From: Minisyncoccota bacterium
Lineage (GTDB): Bacteria > Patescibacteriota > Microgenomatia > UBA1400 > UBA12028
Assembly (NCBI GenBank): GCA_016211945.1
Contig: JACRHV010000004.1
Coordinates: forward strand, 66,649-130,648
Length of the DNA stretch: 64,000 nucleotides
Reading direction: 5' to 3'
Every line of letters begins with the position of its first letter. Position 1 is the first letter of the stretch. Position numbers and translations under genes: made by a program. Shown piece after piece: positions 58,603 through 64,000 of this stretch. The notes beneath the pieces were generated by a model. The model was not told the DNA's origin and did not search any database. It was given only the letters and a program-made list of their open reading frames with translations.

Positions 58603-59420
58603 ATTGCCTTTATTTCCTGAGTAATGACTGTAATCATTTCCTTGTAACTCATATCTTTTATATTTAATTCTTCAAAAAATCTTGGTTTTTCTATACTAAG
58701 TGGAATGACGAGATTATCATTTTTTGGTTGTACTTCTTTTTTAAAGTTGCTTAATATATCTTTTGCTAACTTGTATTGTGTTACAACCTCTTTTATAAAA
58801 ATTGGAATAATTTTCCCCGTGATGTTTCTTCTCACAATACGTTCAACAACCTGAGAAATATGACCAATATATGTTGGCTGAAACTCCCATGATGTATCCC
58901 AATATGTTGGTTTATCTTGAGACATTGCCTTTAAAATCCTATTAAATGGCCTATCATTTGTCACATTAGGACTCATTCCAACGATATAAGAAGGTCGAAT
59001 AATTGTCCATTTCCCATGAGATTTTTGAATAATTTCTTCCGAATTCTTTTTTGTTTTACCATATATATTCCTGGGATTCAGAACTGCCAATGATGAAATA
59101 TATATCAAATGTGATTGATGTTTCATTGCCACGTCCGCAATATATGATGTGGCTTTTTCATTAAGATTCTTTGCCTCTTCTGGGTGTGATTCGCACCAAC
59201 TTCCACTTCCATTATTCGCTGTATGGACAATATAATCAGGTTTTAATTCTTTAACAGTTTTTTCCACCGCAATTGGATCTGTAATATCTAATTGAATAGA
59301 ATTTTCCCAAAATGGTGAGCTGTGATATTGTGGCACAATATCAAGTGTCATATGCAAATCTTGATAAATACGGGCACCCAGATATCCATTAGAACCCAAT
59401 AACAATATTTTGCTCCGCAT
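58599..59420 (-). CDS. NAD(P)-dependent sugar-nucleotide reductase/epimerase, RmlD (dTDP-4-dehydrorhamnose reductase)-like
   Basis: 273 aa. ILLLGSNGYLGARIYQDL...PDYIVHTANNG...LIYISSLAVLNPRNIYGKTKKNSEEI follows the RmlD substrate-binding-domain pattern. Confidence 0.55.
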   Translation of the reverse strand: MRSKILLLGSNGYLGARIYQDLHMTLDIVPQYHSSPFWENSIQLDITDPIAVEKTVKELKPDYIVHTANNGSGSWCESHPEEAKNLNEKATSYIADVAMKHQSHLIYISSLAVLNPRNIYGKTKKNSEEIIQKSHGKWTIIRPSYIVGMSPNVTNDRPFNRILKAMSQDKPTYWDTSWEFQPTYIGHISQVVERIVRRNITGKIIPIFIKEVVTQYKLAKDILSNFKKEVQPKNDNLVIPLSIEKPRFFEELNIKDMSYKEMITVITQEIKAI

Positions 59421-59425
59421 ATCTT

Positions 59426-59638
59426 CTATTCCTTCACAAATTCAAATCGAGGGACTTTTTTTCCATCCACCTCAATGTGTTCTATAAACATTTTTACTGG
59501 TCTTATCCATAACTGACCGTTTTCATTTGGATAAAGGCAATAATATGTCACGTATTCTTCAAGAGTTTCACTGTGCTTTGCAACTTCGATGACTTGATAA
59601 TATTTCCCTTTGTAGTGTCTATACGTTCCACATTTCAT
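59426..59638 (-). CDS. DUF1653-family small protein
   Basis: 70 aa. YRHYKGKYYQVIEVAKHSETLEEYVTYYCLYPNENGQLWIRPVKMF matches the DUF1653 consensus (Y-x-H-Y-K-G...Y...H-S-E-T-x-E...V-x-Y...W-x-R-P-x-x-M-F). Confidence 0.7.
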   Translation of the reverse strand: MKCGTYRHYKGKYYQVIEVAKHSETLEEYVTYYCLYPNENGQLWIRPVKMFIEHIEVDGKKVPRFEFVKE

Positions 59639-59678
59639 ATCTTCATTTCATTTTACCACCCAACACCTCCTCTATGAT

Positions 59679-61166
59679 ATGCTTTCAGATATGGGAATTC
59701 TGCTTGCAATCTACGCGGTTCTTCTTCGACTCATTCCTATTTTAAATAATCGCTTCTCATTCATGTATGACAACGCGAAAGACTCATTGGTTATGCTGGA
59801 GATGTTCCAATATCATAAGCCAGCACTCCTTGGACCAACGACAAGTTTGGAAGGATTATTCTACGGGCCAGCGTGGTATTACATCGCATTGCCTTTTAAC
59901 ATTCTTGGTCAATTTCACCCATTTGCGAGTGTTGCGATGGTGTTATTCTTGGTCGCACTGAGTACCTTCGTATTGACTCGAGTTTTTGGAAAAACCACAG
60001 GATTTCTTTTTGCCGTATCAATTGGCGCCATCGGAACACAAAATACTGCATGGACACCATACATGACTACTTTCCCCATGATTGCTGTATTTATACTTCT
60101 TTCCTCTATGAAACATCAAAAAAAGATTTCTTTGTGGCTATCCGCACTTCTTGGTCTTTTTGTTTCACTCATGTTCCATTTTCAAGTCGCATATGCCGTT
60201 GTTTTTCTTCCGCTCGTTTTTCTCGTTCTCATCAAAGAAAAAATTCCATTCGCATGGAAACACTGGTGCGTCGCGTTCTTCGCGTTCCTTCTCCCTATGC
60301 TCCCACAAGCTTTCTTTGAGACACGACACGACTTTCTTCAAACACGTTCAGTGATCCGTTACATTCATACATATTGTTCTGAGTCACAAAAAATACAACC
60401 CAATTCCTCTGGCATATTGCGAGTAAAAGAAGTTACTGAGTATATGTTTGATAACGCAAAACTCAGTGTATTGTCTTTTGACCAAGCATGGATTGCCACG
60501 ATCGTTCTTCTTTTTATTGGTATTAGTATAGTAAAAAGAAAAAAGAATTTTCTTGTCCGCACCTCACTCACTTTTATTGTCGGAAGCTTTCTTTTCTATC
60601 TCGTTCTCCCCATCAAACCTTACTATCTCACCGCTCTTATTCCTGTGTGGATCATACTTTTTTCACAATGTTTACAAACAGTATCCAAAAATTCTCGATC
60701 ATTCATTCTTGTGAGTTATGCAGTACTTAGTGTCGTTCATTTGCAACAGGGTATAGATCGAGCAAAACAATACGAAAAAACGGATGTCTTTTTTCTTGGT
60801 CCAAAAATGCAGGCGATTCAAACCGCATATGAGATGAGTGAAGGAAAACCATTTGCTTCATACCAGTATGTTCCAGAAATTTACGACTACACCTATCAAT
60901 ACCTTTATCTCGTGGGTCAGCAAAACGGGAAACAACTTCCGACAGAGTTTAGTTATGCGGCCGGAGAATACACCTATATTCCACAAAAACATGTACAACG
61001 CTCAACAACCCGGCCAACCTTCACCATACTTATTGTTGAAAAACCAAAAACCAACTGGCTGTACGATCAATGGAAAGATCGTGTAACAAAAAATCTCGAA
61101 ATTATTGAAACTCGAAAAATTAATGACGCGCTTACGGTGTACAAAACTATCCCCAAAAAATTGTAA
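59679..61166 (+). CDS. polytopic membrane protein, putative GT-C-like (uncharacterised family; paralog of 8408..9892 and 61167..62699)
   Basis: 495 aa. Shared loop motif FSFMYDNAKDSLVMLEMFQYHKPALLGPTTSLEGLFYGPAWYYIALPF. Confidence 0.5.
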   Translation: MLSDMGILLAIYAVLLRLIPILNNRFSFMYDNAKDSLVMLEMFQYHKPALLGPTTSLEGLFYGPAWYYIALPFNILGQFHPFASVAMVLFLVALSTFVLTRVFGKTTGFLFAVSIGAIGTQNTAWTPYMTTFPMIAVFILLSSMKHQKKISLWLSALLGLFVSLMFHFQVAYAVVFLPLVFLVLIKEKIPFAWKHWCVAFFAFLLPMLPQAFFETRHDFLQTRSVIRYIHTYCSESQKIQPNSSGILRVKEVTEYMFDNAKLSVLSFDQAWIATIVLLFIGISIVKRKKNFLVRTSLTFIVGSFLFYLVLPIKPYYLTALIPVWIILFSQCLQTVSKNSRSFILVSYAVLSVVHLQQGIDRAKQYEKTDVFFLGPKMQAIQTAYEMSEGKPFASYQYVPEIYDYTYQYLYLVGQQNGKQLPTEFSYAAGEYTYIPQKHVQRSTTRPTFTILIVEKPKTNWLYDQWKDRVTKNLEIIETRKINDALTVYKTIPKKL

Positions 61167-62699
61167 CTATTCTTCTGTATCCTTTGGTTTTCGAACCTGT
61201 ATTCGATGATTGTTCATAACAAACTCTTTCACCAGTATTGTATGGTTGTCCTGATACTCACGAAAATTCTTGGTAAACTCAGGACCGATATCAAAATTCG
61301 GTTCATATATTGTGATATGCGTTTGGAAAGGCCCATCTGATCTTGGTAATATTTCATCACCGATATACCCATCAGCTGCAAACCCATACCACTGTGGAAT
61401 GACAACATCACGTTTACTCTTGTACCAAGAAAAATAATAACTCCAGGCAGATCGAATTCCATACGGCGTTTCAAATATGCTCACGGTAAATGGAGTATTC
61501 TGTGGAACCTGTGCATATACCGCATCAAGCACCTGCTTTCTCTGCCGCAGCAATACTCCATCCTGCACCTGCACATACGCATGATTGTCACGAGCTTGAA
61601 CATATATCATTCGTAGTTGGCTTCCTATCGCGAGAAAAATAATGATTGTGGCAATAACACTACGCATGTTCTTTGTATATGTTGTGAGAACATATGTAAA
61701 AAGAATCATCATAAGTATTCCCATTCCTATGAAGAAAAACTTTTCTGGAGGACGACCTGTAAAGAAAAGTACAACAGACCATAATAATGGGCCTAATAAA
61801 AAAAACACTTGAGAAAGATTTGATGTTCTCTTGGAATACCATACCGCACCACAAATTATACATATTAGGAATAGTCCAGCAAAAAGAGTTGGGAATCCCC
61901 AAACATTTTTTTGAAATAATGTGACCATCATTTCCCCATATTTCACTAACGGAAAAGTCGTCTCTGTTTGCACCGGAGGTTTTGTGTGCTGTACGCGCGA
62001 AAGCACATATCCGATAAGTCCACGAATAACCTGTCCGCGAAATTTCACTTCTGCGAGAAGAAGCGGGAGTACGCCTAGTATTGCTCCACCGTGAAATATT
62101 ATCCAATCACGAATATTTGATTTTTTTATCGCAAAAAAAGAATAGACAAAAAAGAGTAAAAATCCCATCACAAGTTCGGACTGAATAATTAATCCAAAAA
62201 GAATTCCAGCAATAAAGATATTTCTCACAAGTCTTTGTTGATTCCATAGGAAATAGAGAAACCATGGAAAAAGCGGAATAACAAGAACGGGATTGCTTAA
62301 CCATTTCGCATATGAAACAATTTCATACGAAAACAAGAAAAGTATCGATGATATGAACGCAACCTGGTGAGAAAAAAGACTACGGGATAAAGCATATACA
62401 CCGCTCACTGCGCATATATTCAAAAAAACAAAAAAGAGAAGCGGAAGCCAAGGATCCCATTTTGATAGAGCATATAATGGAGCAATGATGTAGTAAAAAA
62501 GTGGGCCATGGTGAACACCTGGTATATCGCTCACCGGACCGAGTAGTTTTAGATTTTTATGTAATACCATCTCGCGAACAACAAGCGCATCGCGCGCTTG
62601 ATCGTATGGAAAAATACTTTCGTAAATCCCTGGATAAATTCGGAGAAAAATTCCAAAAAAGATACACAATCCCAGTAAGAACTTTTGCCAAAGACTCAT
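61167..62699 (-). CDS. polytopic membrane protein, putative GT-C-like (uncharacterised family; paralog)
   Basis: 510 aa. FPYDQARDALVVREMVLHKNLKLLGPVSDIPGVHHGPLFYYIIAPLY. Its stop codon directly abuts the stop of its convergent paralog. Confidence 0.5.
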   Translation of the reverse strand: MSLWQKFLLGLCIFFGIFLRIYPGIYESIFPYDQARDALVVREMVLHKNLKLLGPVSDIPGVHHGPLFYYIIAPLYALSKWDPWLPLLFFVFLNICAVSGVYALSRSLFSHQVAFISSILFLFSYEIVSYAKWLSNPVLVIPLFPWFLYFLWNQQRLVRNIFIAGILFGLIIQSELVMGFLLFFVYSFFAIKKSNIRDWIIFHGGAILGVLPLLLAEVKFRGQVIRGLIGYVLSRVQHTKPPVQTETTFPLVKYGEMMVTLFQKNVWGFPTLFAGLFLICIICGAVWYSKRTSNLSQVFFLLGPLLWSVVLFFTGRPPEKFFFIGMGILMMILFTYVLTTYTKNMRSVIATIIIFLAIGSQLRMIYVQARDNHAYVQVQDGVLLRQRKQVLDAVYAQVPQNTPFTVSIFETPYGIRSAWSYYFSWYKSKRDVVIPQWYGFAADGYIGDEILPRSDGPFQTHITIYEPNFDIGPEFTKNFREYQDNHTILVKEFVMNNHRIQVRKPKDTEE

Positions 62700-62702
62700 A
62701 TA

Positions 62703-63257
62703 TTACTTTACTGCCTTACAAAAAGTATTAAACCCAAACTCAAACATCTGAACATTCACTTTTTGAAATCCAACATTTTTCATGACCTTCCGCAGTCTTT
62801 CTTCCGTAAAATAATTTTCGTGCTGTTCAATCATTTCTTTTCGCACAAGACCTACCTTCGCAAAAAGATCTAGGAGCGGTTTACTTGAGGGAGAAGGAAC
62901 CGTGATCAGTAACATTCCACCTTTTTTTAGAATGCGAAAACATTCACGCACAATATCTTTTGGATGTTTCATATGTTCCAATACCGCCATCATCGTAACA
63001 ATATCAGCAGATTGAGAAGGAAAATCTATTTTTTTTTGGAGATCCTGACAAAGTATTCGAACGTTTCCATATGAGTAACGACTTACAACGCAATCAATCC
63101 CTATACAGGCCTTCATGTCATCTTTTATTCGATCAATAAAAACTTGTGGCTGGTCACAGCCAATGTCCACAAGAACACTATCTTTTTTTAGATACGGCAA
63201 TATTTTTCGAATACGGAGCTCCTGGAATAGAGGTTCAAACAATGTAATTTTTTTCAT
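62703..63257 (-). CDS. class I SAM-dependent methyltransferase
   Basis: VLVDIGCDQPQVF (motif I)...ILKKGGMLLITVP. Confidence 0.7.
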   Translation of the reverse strand: MKKITLFEPLFQELRIRKILPYLKKDSVLVDIGCDQPQVFIDRIKDDMKACIGIDCVVSRYSYGNVRILCQDLQKKIDFPSQSADIVTMMAVLEHMKHPKDIVRECFRILKKGGMLLITVPSPSSKPLLDLFAKVGLVRKEMIEQHENYFTEERLRKVMKNVGFQKVNVQMFEFGFNTFCKAVK

Positions 63258-63258
63258 A

Positions 63259-63978
63259 TCAAATTGTGGAGAGGCGGTATTTTAGAATTGCACCTACCGC
63301 TAGTATCCAATCAATTCCTGTGATTTTCTTTCCTTCTGCATATGTTCGACCAATGTATGTTATCGGTATTTCAAGAATTTTGACACCTCGCAATAATAAT
63401 TTGCATGTAATTTCCGGCTCTATACGAAAATCATTTTCGGACAATTTTAAATCCTTCATTAGTTGTGTTGGCAAAATTTTATAACATGTCTCCATATCAG
63501 AAAGAATCGTGTCATACAAAACATTAATGAATAGATTTAGGAGTTGGTTGCCAACATAATGCCAATAATACATATTCGTTCGTGCTCCAAAAAAGCGTGA
63601 TCCATATACAACTTCAACTCGTCCTAGACGTATTGGTTCCAATAATTTTGGTATTTCTTTTGGATCATATTCCAAATCTGCATCTTGAATAAGAATATAA
63701 TTCCCTTTTGCCATGCGCAATGCAGTCTGAATTGCTTTTCCTTTTCCTTGATTTTCTGTGTGTGAATATACATGGAGTCGTTTGACCTTTTTCTTTTTTG
63801 CCAAAACTGCCGTTTTGTCTTTTGATGCGTCATCTACAACAATTACCTCAAATACATCTTTTTGTGCAAGTACTTGAGTTAATACTTGTTGAATTGTTTT
63901 TTCTTCGTTGTATGCCGGGATAATAACAGTAAGTCGGATAGAATCCTTCATATTTTCAATTTCCTTCGAACTTTCCAA
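63259..63978 (-). CDS. polyprenol-phosphate glycosyltransferase, GT2 (DPM1/ArnC-like)
   Basis: LTVIIPAYNEEKTIQQVLTQVL...VIVVDDASKDKT...NQGKGKAIQTAL...LIQDADLEYDP. 239 aa. Confidence 0.7.
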   Translation of the reverse strand: MESSKEIENMKDSIRLTVIIPAYNEEKTIQQVLTQVLAQKDVFEVIVVDDASKDKTAVLAKKKKVKRLHVYSHTENQGKGKAIQTALRMAKGNYILIQDADLEYDPKEIPKLLEPIRLGRVEVVYGSRFFGARTNMYYWHYVGNQLLNLFINVLYDTILSDMETCYKILPTQLMKDLKLSENDFRIEPEITCKLLLRGVKILEIPITYIGRTYAEGKKITGIDWILAVGAILKYRLSTI

Positions 63979-64000
63979 TAGATCTTCTCCACAAATGAAG

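Noticed and set aside
59639-59678. GAGGAGG on the minus strand upstream of the DUF1653 gene as its RBS
   Set aside because: It lies about 30 nt upstream of the ATG, too far for a functional Shine-Dalgarno. The true start or leader is unclear.
1-64000. CRISPR arrays, tRNA/rRNA genes, transposases or integrases, restriction-modification or other defence genes
   Set aside because: I looked for short direct-repeat arrays, cloverleaf-sized conserved intergenic segments, and nuclease, integrase or ATPase-like ORFs. Intergenic regions are all under 240 bp, and the only ATPase is the ABC exporter. None found.

Overview
The window is almost entirely a cell-surface glycan biosynthesis island of about 60 genes. 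I found no rRNA or tRNA genes, no CRISPR array, no transposase or integrase, and no recognisable defence or toxin genes.

Gene content:
- About 14 polytopic membrane proteins that look like GT-C-fold glycosyltransferases, including four tandem PMT_2/ArnT-like paralogs (46463..52725).
- About 11 GT2 and 8 GT4 cytoplasmic glycosyltransferases.
- Three or four DPM1/ArnC-like polyprenol-phosphate sugar synthases (36098..36757, 43120..43824, 63259..63978).
- A Wzx-type flippase (26605..28002), an ABC-2 exporter pair (Wzm/Wzt-like, 16630..18154) and a partial Wzy_C ligase/polymerase-like protein at the left edge (1..1643).
- Two SAM-dependent methyltransferases (18156..18785, 62703..63257).
- A set of nucleotide-sugar tailoring enzymes:
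  - a UXS-like UDP-glucuronate decarboxylase;
  - a UDP-GlcA 4-epimerase-like short-chain dehydrogenase/reductase (SDR);
  - an AsnB-like amidotransferase;
  - a WbpB/WbpD/WbpE-like oxidoreductase/acetyltransferase/aminotransferase trio;
  - an ArnB-like aminotransferase;
  - an RfbH/DegT-like PLP enzyme;
  - GDP-fucose synthase;
  - a cupin-fold ketoisomerase-like protein;
  - a GalE-like SDR and an RmlD-like SDR.

Architecture: one 29-kb unidirectional run of 28 minus-strand genes (30368..59638) has many 1-8 nt overlaps. GC content looks mosaic by eye: the centre (about 14.6-35 kb) and 58.6-59.6 kb are AT-rich, and the flanks are richer.

Most unusual points: the density of GT-C membrane enzymes next to several polyprenol-P sugar synthases; an uncharacterised three-member membrane-protein family with an F-x-[YS]-D-x-x-[KR]-D...LLGP...GP-x-[YF]-Y motif; and a secreted 685-aa protein embedded in the operon. 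The host is probably an uncultivated bacterium (CPR/Patescibacteria-like or a Gram-positive-type envelope), but that is a weak inference.

All calls come from reading the translations; no database searches were run.
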